The notes beneath the pieces were generated by a model. That model searched no databases and was not told the DNA's origin. It saw only the letters and a program-made list of their open reading frames with translations. The translations under genes and the position numbers were made by a program. DNA of 64,000 bases from Minisyncoccia bacterium (GTDB lineage Bacteria > Patescibacteriota > Minisyncoccia > UBA6257 > 2-01-FULL-56-20). Of the stretch, positions 53,705 to 64,000 are shown in pieces; the first letter of the stretch is position 1, and each line of letters begins with the position of its first letter. The DNA is taken from NCBI GenBank assembly GCA_050008535.1, contig JBEKML010000001.1:391050-455049 (forward strand), in the 5' to 3' direction.

Positions 53705-54972
53705 CCCATTTCAGAAAAATTATTTTCAAAAACGGTTTGCGCTTGATCCTTGCGCCGCAGCGGAGCGGCCTTGCGGCGAGCGTTTTGATCCTTGTGGAAG
53801 CAGGGTCGGAATATGAAAAAAAGGAGATTAACGGCCTTTCGCATTTCCTTGAGCATATGATGTTCAAGGGTACGACGAACCGGCCGCGCGTCGGACAGAT
53901 CGCGGAAGAACTCGCGGCGTTAGGGGCGCAGTCCAACGCTTTTACCACGCAGGAATTCACCGGCTATTGGGCGAAGGCCGAAGCGCGGAAGCTTCCGAAG
54001 ATCCTGGATATTGTGTCGGACCTCTATCTGAACCCGCTTTTTGTGCCGGAAGAGATCGAAAAGGAACGGGGCGTGATCATTGAGGAGCTCAATATGTACG
54101 AGGACACGCCGATGCGGAAGGTGCAAGATATTTTTCTTTCGCTCATGTACGGCGACCAGCCTGCGGGGTGGGACGTCGGCGGCACCAAGGAGGTTATCAG
54201 AAAATTGGCGCGCGAGGATTTTGTGGCTTATCGCGGCGAGCGGTACGTGATGCCGGGAACTGCCGTCGTGGTTGCGGGAAGCTTCAACGAGAAGGCGGTC
54301 ATACAACAAGTGCAAAAGGCGTTTGCTAACCTCAAGCGCCGCCCGGTCCAAGGGAAACCAAAGACCCGCGAGCACCAGAAAAAGCCGGCCCTTCTTCTTA
54401 AACTGAAAGAATCCGACCAGGGGCACCTTGTGCTTGGGTTCCGCGCGTTCGATATTTTCGACAAGCGGCGGTACGCGCTCCAGGCGCTTGCCGATGTCCT
54501 GGGCGGCGGGATGAGCTCGCGGCTTTGGAAGCGGGTGCGCGACGAACTGGGTGCCGCGTATTATGTGCACGCGGATGCCGAGCTTTCCCTTGATCACGGG
54601 GTGTTCGGGATCTCTGCCGGCGTGGATCATGCGAAGATCCAAACGGTCATTCAGGCCGTTCTTGAAGAGTGCAGAAAATTGCGCGACGAAGCGGTCCCCG
54701 AAAAAGAGTTGCAGAGGTCAAAGGACCATCTCATCGGGAACCTCATCCTCGGCCTTGAGACCTCCGATGAGCTCGCAAGCTTTTACGGGGGGCAGGAAAT
54801 CCTTACGAAAGCGCTTTTGCCGCCGGAGAAGATTATAGATAGAATGAATAAAGTGACCGCGGCGGAGGTGCGGTCGGTTGCGAGGGCTATCTTTAAGAGC
54901 AAGGGGCTTAACCTTGCGATCATTGGTCCCTACCGCAATCGGGCGATGTTTGAAAAAAATCTTATGGTGTAA
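53701..54972 (+). CDS. M16 family (insulinase-like) zinc peptidase
   Basis: GLSHFLEHMMFKGT (inverted HxxEH motif). Confidence 0.8.
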   Translation: MTHFRKIIFKNGLRLILAPQRSGLAASVLILVEAGSEYEKKEINGLSHFLEHMMFKGTTNRPRVGQIAEELAALGAQSNAFTTQEFTGYWAKAEARKLPKILDIVSDLYLNPLFVPEEIEKERGVIIEELNMYEDTPMRKVQDIFLSLMYGDQPAGWDVGGTKEVIRKLAREDFVAYRGERYVMPGTAVVVAGSFNEKAVIQQVQKAFANLKRRPVQGKPKTREHQKKPALLLKLKESDQGHLVLGFRAFDIFDKRRYALQALADVLGGGMSSRLWKRVRDELGAAYYVHADAELSLDHGVFGISAGVDHAKIQTVIQAVLEECRKLRDEAVPEKELQRSKDHLIGNLILGLETSDELASFYGGQEILTKALLPPEKIIDRMNKVTAAEVRSVARAIFKSKGLNLAIIGPYRNRAMFEKNLMV

Positions 54973-54977
54973 TCACA

Positions 54978-55985
54978 ATGGAGAAACAACGGTACGAAAT
55001 CTCATGGGCAAGCTTGTGGCGGATACTTATCTTCATCGTCTTAGTGGCGATCTTTTACGAGGGGAGACAGATCGTGCTTGGTCTTTTTCTTGCCATCATT
55101 ATTTCTTCCGGTCTTGAGGGGCTGGTGAATTTCCTTGAACGCATAGGGCTTCCGCGGAGCGTAGGCGTCATATTGATATTCCTGGTCTCTGTTTTTTTTG
55201 TTATGTTCGTTCTCTATTCTTTGGTGCCGGTCATCATTGTGGAATTGAACACCATCTTCTCCACCACCGGAAAAGTGGCTACGGGAAGCCTGGGAACGTT
55301 TTTGAGCTTGAACACGTCGCAATCGATGAGTGGGCTCGTAGGCAAGCTCTCTTCCGCGTTTTTTGCGGGAGGCTCGCCGCTTGACTTTTTATCAAATGCC
55401 ATTGGAAGCGTCGGACTTGCCATCGCCGTCATCCTTTGCTCGTTCTATTTGAGCTTGAGCAAGGACGGGGTGGAGCGGTTCCTCAAGGTGGTGATCCCGC
55501 CGGCGTACGAAGAGACCGCGCTTAAGATCTACGATCGCTCAAGGAAGCTTATTAGTTCGTGGTTCCGCACCCAGATTCTTCTGAGCTTCATCTTCGGATT
55601 CACCGTCTGGGCGGGGCTTACCGTTCTCGGCGTAAAATACGCGTTGCTTATCGCATTTCTCGCGGGGCTCTTCGAGCTCGTGCCGTTCGTGGGGCCGTTC
55701 CTTTCGGGCGCGCTTGCGGTGATTTCCGCGCTTTCGACCTCCAACACGCTTGCGATCTATACCCTGATCTTTTTTGTCATTGCCGAACAATTTGAGGCCA
55801 ATGTCCTCGTGCCGATCCTGAACCAGCAGATGGTGGGGCTGCATCCGGTGATCGTCATTGTCGCATTGCTCATCGGCGCCGAAGTGGGTGGCATTTTGGG
55901 CATCGTCATTTCGGTTCCGGCTGCGGGCGTGTTCCAGGAGGTCATCCAGGAGTGGTCGACGAAGAAACGAGCGGCAGCCGGGTAG
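54978..55985 (+). CDS. AI-2E family transporter (second copy)
   Basis: 8 TM; C-terminal ...IGAEVGGILGIVISVPAAGVFQEV typical of UPF0118. Confidence 0.8.
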   Translation: MEKQRYEISWASLWRILIFIVLVAIFYEGRQIVLGLFLAIIISSGLEGLVNFLERIGLPRSVGVILIFLVSVFFVMFVLYSLVPVIIVELNTIFSTTGKVATGSLGTFLSLNTSQSMSGLVGKLSSAFFAGGSPLDFLSNAIGSVGLAIAVILCSFYLSLSKDGVERFLKVVIPPAYEETALKIYDRSRKLISSWFRTQILLSFIFGFTVWAGLTVLGVKYALLIAFLAGLFELVPFVGPFLSGALAVISALSTSNTLAIYTLIFFVIAEQFEANVLVPILNQQMVGLHPVIVIVALLIGAEVGGILGIVISVPAAGVFQEVIQEWSTKKRAAAG

Positions 55986-56002
55986 CGGAACGGCGCGTAC
56001 CG

Positions 56003-57430
56003 ATGGATCGTTTTTATATCACAACGCCGATCTATTACGTGAACGATAAGCCGCATATCGGCCATGCGTACACGACGATCGTGGCGGATGTCCTTGCACG
56101 CTCACGGGCAGCGTACGGTGAGGATGTGGTTTTTTTAACGGGCACCGACGAGTTTGCGCAGAAAACGGTGGATGCGGCAAAAAAAGCGGGGGAGGAGATC
56201 CGCGCTTACACCGACCGGATGGCCGACCTTTGGCGTTCCACGTGGGAGAAGCTCGGTATCTCAAACACCGATTTTATACGGACCACGGAACAGCGGCACA
56301 TTGAAACGGTGAGAGAAATTTGGGCGCGCGTCGCGGCCGACGGGGACATTTATAAAGGCAAGTACGAGGGACTTTATTGCAAGGGCCACGAGGCGTTTAT
56401 GAGCGAGGATGAATTGGTGGACGGCCTTTGTCCCGACCACAAGACGAGGCCCGAACTCGTTTCCGAAGAGAATTATTTCTTCCGTCTTTCGAAGTATCAA
56501 AAGCAGCTTTTGGAGTTTTACGAGGCCCACGGGGAATTCGTCGTGCCCGCGAACCGCTTCAATGAGGTAAAAAGTTTCGTGGAGCGGGGGTTGGAAGACA
56601 TCAGCGTTTCGCGGGAGAAACGTGAGTGGGGGATTCCGGTGCCCGACGATCCGAATCAGGTGATTTACGTTTGGTTCGATGCACTTGTCAATTATGTTTC
56701 GGCAGTCGGCCTTGAGGGTTGGGAAAATCATCCGGCGGATATCCACGCTATGGGGAAGGATATTACCCGCTTTCATGCGGTAATCTGGCCAGCGATGCTC
56801 ATGTCGGCGGGGCTCCCGCTTCCCGGGCAGGTGATCGCGCACGGCTTTTTTACGATCGATGGCACAAAGATCTCGAAATCGCTTGGAAATGTGATTGATC
56901 CGCTGGATTTGAAAAAAAAATACGGGAACGATGCGATTCGCTACTTCCTCCTCCGCGAGATTCCTTTCGGCGCCGACGGGGATTTTTCCGAAACGAAGCT
57001 CAAAGAGCGGTACAACGCCGACCTCGCGAACGGACTTGGCAATTTCGCCGCGCGGGTGCTTGCGCTTGCGGAGAAGGAGGAATTGAAGCTTGGCAAGCTT
57101 GACCCGGAATTTGAAACGCAGATCGGCGGGATGAAGCGCACGGTTGCGGAAAAACTGGGTGAATTCAAATTTTCGGAGGCGCTTGCCGCGATCTGGGCCG
57201 CGATCTCTTTTGGTGACCGCTTCGTGAACGAGAAAAAGATATGGGAAATAAAAGATGGCGAAGCGCGCAAGCAAGCCCTCTTTGACCTTGTTTCGCTGCT
57301 TGATAACATTGCCGCCGTACTCCTGCCGTTTCTGCCAGATGCCTCGGTAAAGATCAGTAAGGCGCTCGCTTGGGAAGGGGATGTTCTCCGGGCCAAAAAG
57401 ACAGAAACGCTTTTCCCGCGGCTCAAGTAA
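56003..57430 (+). CDS. metG: methionyl-tRNA synthetase (short form)
   Basis: PHIGHAYTT (HIGH) and KISKSLGN (KMSKS). Start MDRFYITT chosen inside track ORF 55952. Confidence 0.85.
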   Translation: MDRFYITTPIYYVNDKPHIGHAYTTIVADVLARSRAAYGEDVVFLTGTDEFAQKTVDAAKKAGEEIRAYTDRMADLWRSTWEKLGISNTDFIRTTEQRHIETVREIWARVAADGDIYKGKYEGLYCKGHEAFMSEDELVDGLCPDHKTRPELVSEENYFFRLSKYQKQLLEFYEAHGEFVVPANRFNEVKSFVERGLEDISVSREKREWGIPVPDDPNQVIYVWFDALVNYVSAVGLEGWENHPADIHAMGKDITRFHAVIWPAMLMSAGLPLPGQVIAHGFFTIDGTKISKSLGNVIDPLDLKKKYGNDAIRYFLLREIPFGADGDFSETKLKERYNADLANGLGNFAARVLALAEKEELKLGKLDPEFETQIGGMKRTVAEKLGEFKFSEALAAIWAAISFGDRFVNEKKIWEIKDGEARKQALFDLVSLLDNIAAVLLPFLPDASVKISKALAWEGDVLRAKKTETLFPRLK

Positions 57431-57431
57431 T

Positions 57432-58277
57432 ATGGAGTTTTTTGACGCGCACACGCATGTGCAGTTTTCGGCATACGACGCCGATCGTGACGAAGTGATC
57501 CGCCGCGCGCGGGATGCGGGCATCCGGATGGTGAATGTGGGCACCCAGCGCGACACCTCGGCGCGCGCCGTCGCGCTTGCGGAACAACACGAAGGACTCT
57601 ATGCGGCCGTGGGGCTTCACCCCATTCACACAAGCGTTTCGTTCCATGATGCGGACGAGCTCGGTGGCGGCGAGGCTGCAAAAGCGTTCACCTCGCGCGG
57701 CGAGGTTTTTGATCGCGATCATTATCTGGAACTTGCACGGCATCCGAAAGTGGTCGCGATCGGCGAGTGCGGATTGGATTATTTCCATTTCAACGAGAAT
57801 GAAAGCCGCGAAGACCAGATAAAAAAACAGAAAGCGGCGCTTTTGGTGCAGATCGAGTTCTCGCGCGAAGTAAAAAAACCGCTCATGATCCATTGCCGCG
57901 ATGCGTTCGCCGACCTTATTCAGATATTAAAAGAAAGTTCCGCAAACCCTTTGGGCGCGAATCCCGGCATTATCCATTTTTTTACCGGCACATCCGACGA
58001 GGCGCGCGCATTGCTTGGCCTCGGTTTTTCTTTCACCTTCGGCGGCGTCATCACGTTTGCGCGGAACTACGACGAGCTCATACGGCTTGTGCCGCTTGAC
58101 CGGCTCCTCTCCGAAACCGATGCGCCGTACGTCGCGCCCGCGCCCTATCGCGGCAGGCGCAACGAACCCGCGTACGTGGTGGAGGTCGTGAAAAAACTCG
58201 CCGAGCTCAAAGATGTTTCGCTGGACGGGATGCGGGAACAGATTGGAAAAAATGTCCGGCGCGTGTTTGGGGTATAA
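57432..58277 (+). CDS. tatD: TatD family deoxyribonuclease
   Basis: MEFFDAHTHVQFS..., ...GECGLDY..., ...ETDAPY motifs. Confidence 0.8.
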   Translation: MEFFDAHTHVQFSAYDADRDEVIRRARDAGIRMVNVGTQRDTSARAVALAEQHEGLYAAVGLHPIHTSVSFHDADELGGGEAAKAFTSRGEVFDRDHYLELARHPKVVAIGECGLDYFHFNENESREDQIKKQKAALLVQIEFSREVKKPLMIHCRDAFADLIQILKESSANPLGANPGIIHFFTGTSDEARALLGLGFSFTFGGVITFARNYDELIRLVPLDRLLSETDAPYVAPAPYRGRRNEPAYVVEVVKKLAELKDVSLDGMREQIGKNVRRVFGV

Positions 58278-60072
58278 TAAGATCATTCCCGAAGCTCAAA
58301 CCAAAACCTGCCAGAATTGCAAAGCCCAGTTCGCCATAAAGCCAGAGGATTTTGCGTTCTATGAAAAGATCGGCGTCCCGCCGCCGACGTTCTGTTTTGA
58401 TTGCCGGGCGCAGCGGCGCATGGCATTCCGGAACGAACGGGCGCTGTATCGGAGAAAGTGCGATTTTCCCGGGCATACCGAGGAGCTCATTTCTATCTTT
58501 GCGCCGGACAATCCCCAGCGCGTCTATGACCATGCGGCATGGTGGGGAGACGGCTGGGATCCATTGAAATACGGGCGCGCCATTGATTTTTCCCGGCCCT
58601 TTTTTGAACAGGTGCGGGAGCTTTGGCGCGAAGTGCCCGACATTGCGCTTATGAACATCAATCCGGTGAACAGCGAATATTGCAGCATCACGGAAGGAAA
58701 CAAAAATTGTTATCTGGTATTCGGCGGCGATTTCAACGAAGACACGCTCTATTCCACCTATACGTTCCACAGTAAATTTTGCGTTGATACGTACTGGGTG
58801 GACAAGTCGGAGTTCAATTACGAAACGGTGGACTGCATATCCTGCAGCCGCTTGCTCTACAGCCGCTATTGCGAAGGGTGTTACGATGGCGCGTTTCTCT
58901 TCAATTGCCGCAATTGCCACGATTGTTTCGGGTGCGCAAACCTTACGAACGGCAGCTATCAGATTTTTAACGTGCAACACACGAAAGAGGACTATCAAAA
59001 GAAATTGAGCGAGCTCAATCTTTCTTCGCGGCGCGCCTTGGACAATATCAAAGAAAAATTCGCGGAGCATATGCTCAAATATCCGCGCCGATTCGCGAAG
59101 ATGATCCATTGCACGAACTCTTCGGGCGACAACATGGAGAACTGTAAAAATTGCACGCAGTGCTTTGATGTGTTTGGCGGGGGAGAGGATTGCCGACGCT
59201 CATTTCTTTTGTACTCAACAGTGAAGGACGGCATGGACATTGATCATGTGGGGCTTGGGACCGAACTTAGCTACGAAACCTCCACGGCTTATCCGGGGAG
59301 CAGGATCTTCTTCTCCCGTTTTGTCTTCACCTGCCATGACGTGCAGTATTCCTACAACGTGCATAACGCGGCATATCTTTTCGGATGTGTGGGCGTGCGG
59401 AGCAAGCAGTATTGTATTCTGAACAAGCAATATTCAAAAGAAGAGTATGAAGCGCTTGTGCCGAAGATCGTCGCGCATATGAATACGATGCCGTATCGTG
59501 ATGCGTCCGGACGCGAGTACCGCTATGGAGAGTTCTTCCCTGAGGAGCTTTCGCCGTTCACCTATAACGAAACGCTGGCGCAGGAAATGTTCCCGTTGAC
59601 ACCCGCCGAGGCGCAGCAAAAGGGATATCCGTGGCGCGAACCGGATGAAAAGAAGCATGTGTCGACGATCGCGGCGGGCGCGGTTCCGGATACGCTCCGG
59701 CAGGTTCCCGATGCCATTGTGGATGAAATAATTGAGTGCGCGCACAAAGGAGCGTGCATGACCGACCAGTGCACGAAGGCATTCAGGGTCGTGCCGGCAG
59801 AACTTGCATTGTACCGAAAGATGAATATTCCGCTTCCCGCGCTTTGCCCCAGCTGTCGGCACTTCGCGCGCATCCGCCAGCGGAATCCCATGACATTATG
59901 GAAACGGGCGTGCCAATGCGCCGGTGCCGATGCGGAAAAGGGAGGATATAAAAATGTGGCGAAGCATCCCCACGGCACCGGCCGCTGTCCGAATGAATTT
60001 GAAACCACTTACGCCCCCGACCGCCCCGAGATCGTCTACTGCGAACAGTGCTACCAGGCGGAGGTGGCGTGA
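58255..60072 (+). CDS. cysteine-rich protein with N- and C-terminal FmdB-like zinc-ribbon motifs (paralog B)
   Basis: CQNCKAQFAIKPEDFAFYEKIGVPPPTFCFDCRAQRRMAFRNE at the N-terminus, a central Cys-repeat region, and the C-terminal 23 aa identical to 37693..39483. The start could be earlier (track 58213). Confidence 0.65.
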   Translation, partial: SGACLGYNKIIPEAQTKTCQNCKAQFAIKPEDFAFYEKIGVPPPTFCFDCRAQRRMAFRNERALYRRKCDFPGHTEELISIFAPDNPQRVYDHAAWWGDGWDPLKYGRAIDFSRPFFEQVRELWREVPDIALMNINPVNSEYCSITEGNKNCYLVFGGDFNEDTLYSTYTFHSKFCVDTYWVDKSEFNYETVDCISCSRLLYSRYCEGCYDGAFLFNCRNCHDCFGCANLTNGSYQIFNVQHTKEDYQKKLSELNLSSRRALDNIKEKFAEHMLKYPRRFAKMIHCTNSSGDNMENCKNCTQCFDVFGGGEDCRRSFLLYSTVKDGMDIDHVGLGTELSYETSTAYPGSRIFFSRFVFTCHDVQYSYNVHNAAYLFGCVGVRSKQYCILNKQYSKEEYEALVPKIVAHMNTMPYRDASGREYRYGEFFPEELSPFTYNETLAQEMFPLTPAEAQQKGYPWREPDEKKHVSTIAAGAVPDTLRQVPDAIVDEIIECAHKGACMTDQCTKAFRVVPAELALYRKMNIPLPALCPSCRHFARIRQRNPMTLWKRACQCAGADAEKGGYKNVAKHPHGTGRCPNEFETTYAPDRPEIVYCEQCYQAEVA

Positions 60073-60103
60073 CGAGGTGGCGTAATGCGGAGCTAAAATT
60101 GCG

Positions 60104-60136
60104 GAAGCCCGACCGGCATGGTGCCAATCGGGCTTC
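60104..60136. terminator. hairpin terminator between convergent genes
   Basis: gaagcccg accggcatggtgccaat cgggcttc. Confidence 0.5.
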
Positions 60137-60770
60137 AGATAGCTGATGAACTGTTCCGCCGTTCGATCTGCTTGATAAGGCGGAGGATCGCGCAGCAGAA
60201 TATGACCGACCGTAACGGATAAAACACCGCCAGGCCGCCACCGCCGATGAGCGCGGCGCATAACCCGAAGAAGCTCGCCGTGGCGCTCACTGCCCACGCA
60301 TCAAATGGCTCGGGACTTTTCTCTTCCCGCCAACGCCGAAGCCTTTTGACCATCGGCCAGTAGGCCACGATCATTACGACCTGAAAGCTCACGTTCGCAA
60401 CCCACGGGTTATGGCTTGCGGCCCACAGCAAGAATGCACAGGTGATGATTCGAAAGCACCACCGTTGGTTCTCGCGCTCTTCTTTTGTCGCCGGGAATTT
60501 TTCGCCGCGCCTTCGCATAACGAGCAGCGTAGTAAAAATTGCCCCGACAGCGAAGAGGTCAACGGCGTTCGTGATGCTCTTCACGACATTGTGTTCGTGA
60601 GAGGTCAAGTATGTTATCAAGCTCATCACGATGCCGATCTCGAAAATGAACCATGTGGCGATTGGCGGATGCGCGTCGCCACGAACGACCTTTCTGCAGT
60701 ATCGCACCCCCATCCAAACGGTGAGGAGGGCGGATACAATTGCGGTACTTACAAATGCGATTTCTCGCAC
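60135..60770 (-). CDS. hypothetical membrane protein (about 6 TM)
   Basis: Hydrophobic ORF; no family recognised. Confidence 0.5.
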   Translation of the reverse strand: MREIAFVSTAIVSALLTVWMGVRYCRKVVRGDAHPPIATWFIFEIGIVMSLITYLTSHEHNVVKSITNAVDLFAVGAIFTTLLVMRRRGEKFPATKEERENQRWCFRIITCAFLLWAASHNPWVANVSFQVVMIVAYWPMVKRLRRWREEKSPEPFDAWAVSATASFFGLCAALIGGGGLAVFYPLRSVIFCCAILRLIKQIERRNSSSAI

Positions 60771-60914
60771 GGGACCCTCCTTCTTTCGGACCTTCGTGAT
60801 TTCTATTGCTGCCGCAATTTTAACACGAAAAATTCACTTCGTCAATCTTCTGCACGCGGCATTGCAGGAACTTATTGAGAAAATCACCATACCGTCTTAC
60901 AATAGGAGATACCG

Positions 60915-63407
60915 ATGTCCAAATACGAACCGAAGGAAATTGAGGAGAAATGGCAGAAGAAATGGCTTGAGGAGGGGATATATGAACCGGACCTGGACCG
61001 CGCGAAAAAACCGTTCTACAACCTGATGATGTTCCCGTATCCGTCGGCCGAAGGGCTGCACGTGGGGAATGTCTACGCGTTCACGGGCGCGGATATTTAC
61101 GGGCGGATGAAGCGCATGCAGGGCAATGATGTTTTTGAGCCGATTGGCCTGGACGGGTTCGGCATCCACTCGGAGAATTACGCGCTGAAGATCGGAGCGC
61201 ACCCGATGGACCAGGCGGCGATCTCCGAAAAACGCTTTTATAAGCAATTGCAATCCATCGGGAACGGCTTCGCATGGAACGAACGCCTGCAAACCTATGA
61301 CCCCGCCTATTACCGCTGGACACAATGGATCTTCGTCCAGATGTTCAAGCACGGTCTTGCGTACCGTAAGAAGCAATCGGTCAATTGGTGTCCGAAAGAT
61401 TTGACCGTACTTGCGGATGAGCAAGTGATTGCGGGCGCGTGCGAGCGCTGCGGCACGACGGTTATCCAAAAGGAGCTTGAGCAGTGGTTTTTCGGCATCA
61501 CGAAATATGCCGACCGCCTGCTAAAAAATCTGGAGACGCTTGACTGGTCGGAGAGGGTGAAAATAGCGCAGAAGAATTGGATAGGCAGAAAAGAGGGAAT
61601 CGAAATAACCTATCCCATTGTGGATACAAAGGAAACGGTGAGTGTTTTTACCACGCGGCCCGATACAAACTTTGGGGCGACCTTTGTGGTCGTTGCGCCA
61701 GAGAACGAACTTGCGATGCGAATTACCCTTCCTGAACATCGTGGAAAGGTTGCCGAATATATTGCCAAAGCGAAGAGCAGGACCGACGAGGAGCGTATTC
61801 AGGAAGGGAGGAAAAAGACAGGGGTTTTTACTGGTTGCTACGCACTCAATCATCTGACGGGGCGCAAGATGCCGATCTGGGTAAGTGATTTCGTTCTTGC
61901 TTCTTTTGGCACCGGGTCGGTGGTCGGCGTACCGGGCCACGACCTCCGGGATTTTGAGTTCGCAAAAGAATTCGGTATAGAGATCATCCGGGTCGTTGTG
62001 GGAAACGACGGGGATGTTTCGCCGATCACCCGTCCCGGACAGGTTCAGGAAGAGGAAGGGAAGATGGTGAATTCTGGATTTTTGGATGGTTTGGATATTC
62101 ATGCTGCGACCAAGGTAGTTATGGATCATATTGAGAAAAAGGGCTGGGGCAAGAAGGTTGTGCAATTCCACCTGCGCGATTGGTCAATCTCGCGCCAGCG
62201 GTATTGGGGGCCGCCGGTCCCGATGGTGCATTGCGAAGCGTGCGCGGCGAAAAATGCGGGCGAACGGAGCGACGCGCCGGGATGGTATGCGGTTCCGGAG
62301 GAGGACCTTCCGGTAAAACTCCCGCATATCAAAAATTTCCAGCCGACGGGAAGCGGCGTTTCTCCGCTTGCCGCTGAAGCGTCGTTCTACCAGACGAAAT
62401 GCCCGCGGTGTGGCGGTGCTGCCCGGCGCGAGACCGACATTCTGGACAACTTCTTTGATTCTGCGTGGTATTACTTGCGCTATCTTGATCCGCAGAATGA
62501 AAAGAGCGCGTTGAATGACGGGCGGGTGAAGCGTTGGCTTCCGGCCGCAATGTATACGGGCGGTGCCGAACACTCCGTACTTCACCTGCTCTATGTGCGC
62601 TTCGTTGCGATGGCGCTCCACGATTGGGGACTGGTTGATTTTGAGGAACCATTCAAAAAATTCCGCGCGCACGGGCTGATCATCAGAGACGGCGCGAAGA
62701 TGTCAAAATCAAAAGGGAACGTGGTAAACCCCGACGAATATATCAAACAATTCGGCGCGGACACGCTGCGGATGTATCTTATGTTTCTTGCGCCGTTTGA
62801 AGAAGGCGGCGACTTCCGCGACCGGGCGATCCTCGGTATCCTCCGCTTTTTGGAGCGCGTTTGGAAATTGGGGGAGGCGGTCGCGGCGGGAAAGGGGCGC
62901 CTGGAAAAGGCGAGCAAAGAAAGTGGTGACAAAAAAGGCGGCGCGGCGAAGGCGGTGATGGTCGCCGTGAAAAAAGTGACGGATGATATTGAGCGGCTCC
63001 ACTATAATACTGCCGTGAGCGCACTTATGGTCTGTCTTCGTGCGCTGGAAGATGATTCATCCGGGCCGCCCGAAAAAGAACAGCTCCAGATATTTTTGAA
63101 GCTCCTTGCTCCCTTCGCGCCGCATATTACGGAAGAACTTTGGCGCGCAACGCTTGGGAACACCGCTTCCGTTCATTGTGCGGCGTGGCCCGCGTACGAC
63201 TCCGCGCTCACCGTGGAGAAAATGATTACCCTTATCCTTCAAGTGAACGGCAAGGTGCGCGACGCGATTTCCGCGGATGCGTCGCTTACGGAAGATGCCG
63301 CGAAAGCGCTTGCGCTCGGTAACGCAAAGGTGCAGAATGCGATTAAGGGACAAACTCCCAAAAAGGTCATCTATGTGGATAAAAAATTGGTAAATATAGT
63401 GCTTTGA
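60915..63407 (+). CDS. leuS: leucyl-tRNA synthetase
   Basis: HVGNVYAFTGADIY (HIGH-class), the CP1 editing region, KMSKSKGN; 830 aa. Confidence 0.9.
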   Translation: MSKYEPKEIEEKWQKKWLEEGIYEPDLDRAKKPFYNLMMFPYPSAEGLHVGNVYAFTGADIYGRMKRMQGNDVFEPIGLDGFGIHSENYALKIGAHPMDQAAISEKRFYKQLQSIGNGFAWNERLQTYDPAYYRWTQWIFVQMFKHGLAYRKKQSVNWCPKDLTVLADEQVIAGACERCGTTVIQKELEQWFFGITKYADRLLKNLETLDWSERVKIAQKNWIGRKEGIEITYPIVDTKETVSVFTTRPDTNFGATFVVVAPENELAMRITLPEHRGKVAEYIAKAKSRTDEERIQEGRKKTGVFTGCYALNHLTGRKMPIWVSDFVLASFGTGSVVGVPGHDLRDFEFAKEFGIEIIRVVVGNDGDVSPITRPGQVQEEEGKMVNSGFLDGLDIHAATKVVMDHIEKKGWGKKVVQFHLRDWSISRQRYWGPPVPMVHCEACAAKNAGERSDAPGWYAVPEEDLPVKLPHIKNFQPTGSGVSPLAAEASFYQTKCPRCGGAARRETDILDNFFDSAWYYLRYLDPQNEKSALNDGRVKRWLPAAMYTGGAEHSVLHLLYVRFVAMALHDWGLVDFEEPFKKFRAHGLIIRDGAKMSKSKGNVVNPDEYIKQFGADTLRMYLMFLAPFEEGGDFRDRAILGILRFLERVWKLGEAVAAGKGRLEKASKESGDKKGGAAKAVMVAVKKVTDDIERLHYNTAVSALMVCLRALEDDSSGPPEKEQLQIFLKLLAPFAPHITEELWRATLGNTASVHCAAWPAYDSALTVEKMITLILQVNGKVRDAISADASLTEDAAKALALGNAKVQNAIKGQTPKKVIYVDKKLVNIVL

Positions 63408-64000
63408 TGGGAAGGCTTGCGTTTGTTATTGTTGCGATCGTGCTGCTCGGGGCGCTCATATATGCGTATAATTCCGGAATGATAAGCGGCGGCACCGGCG
63501 GTCTCAATTTGACCTGGCTTTTGCCGCACTTCACAAGTTCTTCGTTGAACACCAATCTAAACTCTCCTTATATTCCGCCCGCCGCCCCTCCGACGGGCAC
63601 GTTCGTCGGTTCCGTGCAGACCTCGTCTCCGAATTCCTGGGACGTTCCTGCGGGGTTCACCGCGAGCCAGCTTTCGCCGTATTTTCACCAGGTCCGCTTC
63701 GGCGGGGTTTCGGCCGGAAGCTTATACTCCTACGGCCAGATATCGTTCTATGCATACCCTACAGCACAGACCTCGAGCATTGACGTGACCAGCTGGCACA
63801 TCAAATCCAATCGCGGAGGAGAGTACATCCCGCAGGCGGTGACCGTCTATGATCCTCTGGGACTCAATCCCGCGACCGACATCCTTTTGAAAAACGGCGA
63901 TATGCTGAATCTTTATTCCACCTGGGCGCCGGTGAACCTGCGGCTCAACAAGTGCATCGGTTACTTGCCGAACAAAACGCAGTTCAATCCGCAGTTGCCG
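63407..64000 (+). CDS. hypothetical membrane-anchored protein (3' end beyond window)
   Basis: Own translation from the ATG overlapping the leuS stop (TGATGG): MGRLAFVIVAIVLLGALIYAYNSG..., open to the window end. Not in the track (no stop). Confidence 0.45.
   Translation, partial: MGRLAFVIVAIVLLGALIYAYNSGMISGGTGGLNLTWLLPHFTSSSLNTNLNSPYIPPAAPPTGTFVGSVQTSSPNSWDVPAGFTASQLSPYFHQVRFGGVSAGSLYSYGQISFYAYPTAQTSSIDVTSWHIKSNRGGEYIPQAVTVYDPLGLNPATDILLKNGDMLNLYSTWAPVNLRLNKCIGYLPNKTQFNPQLP

Noticed and set aside
56261-57556. 431-aa minus-strand ORF opposite metG
   Set aside because: Antisense shadow. metG on the plus strand has HIGH and KMSKS motifs.

Overview
This 64-kb window reads as a gene-dense bacterial chromosome segment of moderate GC content. 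Small proteins, a split transketolase, lamin-tail and FN3 surface proteins, and a minimal [NiFe] hydrogenase suggest a Patescibacteria-like (candidate phyla radiation) lineage, though this is inference only. Three regions stand out: (1) a 2-oxoacid:ferredoxin oxidoreductase transcribed divergently from a two-subunit [NiFe] hydrogenase, with a high-GC UPF0182 gene inserted between the hydrogenase and its maturation-protease operon (1-8.5 kb); (2) an accessory region (about 8.5-24.7 kb) carrying an NRAMP transporter, PAP2 phosphatase, several nucleotide house-cleaning enzymes, secreted proteins in high-GC patches, uppS and ppa; (3) the most unusual feature, a roughly 16-kb stretch (24.7-40.5 kb) anchored on tRNA-Asn(GTT) at 40389..40460 (minus). 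In that stretch at least 13 same-orientation direct repeats (consensus GCTCCGGCGGCTGGACGATGTGAGAACCTG, with or without the upstream flank TCTGTCCGATACTTTTACT) sit in nearly every intergenic gap and separate one- or two-gene modules. The repeats are degenerate copies of the tRNA-Asn 3' end plus its trailer and become more degenerate with distance from the tRNA. No recognisable integrase is present. A large Cys-rich zinc-ribbon protein of unknown function sits next to the tRNA and has a paralog at 58.3-60.1 kb with an identical C-terminus. The last third (40.5-64 kb) is housekeeping: gap-rpiB-rpe/tkt-pfkB-fba, L25, M16 peptidase, metG, tatD, leuS. Two structured intergenic elements occur there: a 35-bp perfect inverted repeat and a nested inverted repeat enclosing a bidirectional terminator. 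No CRISPR array, rRNA or transposase was seen. All coordinates not taken from the ORF track were hand-counted and may be off by a few nt.
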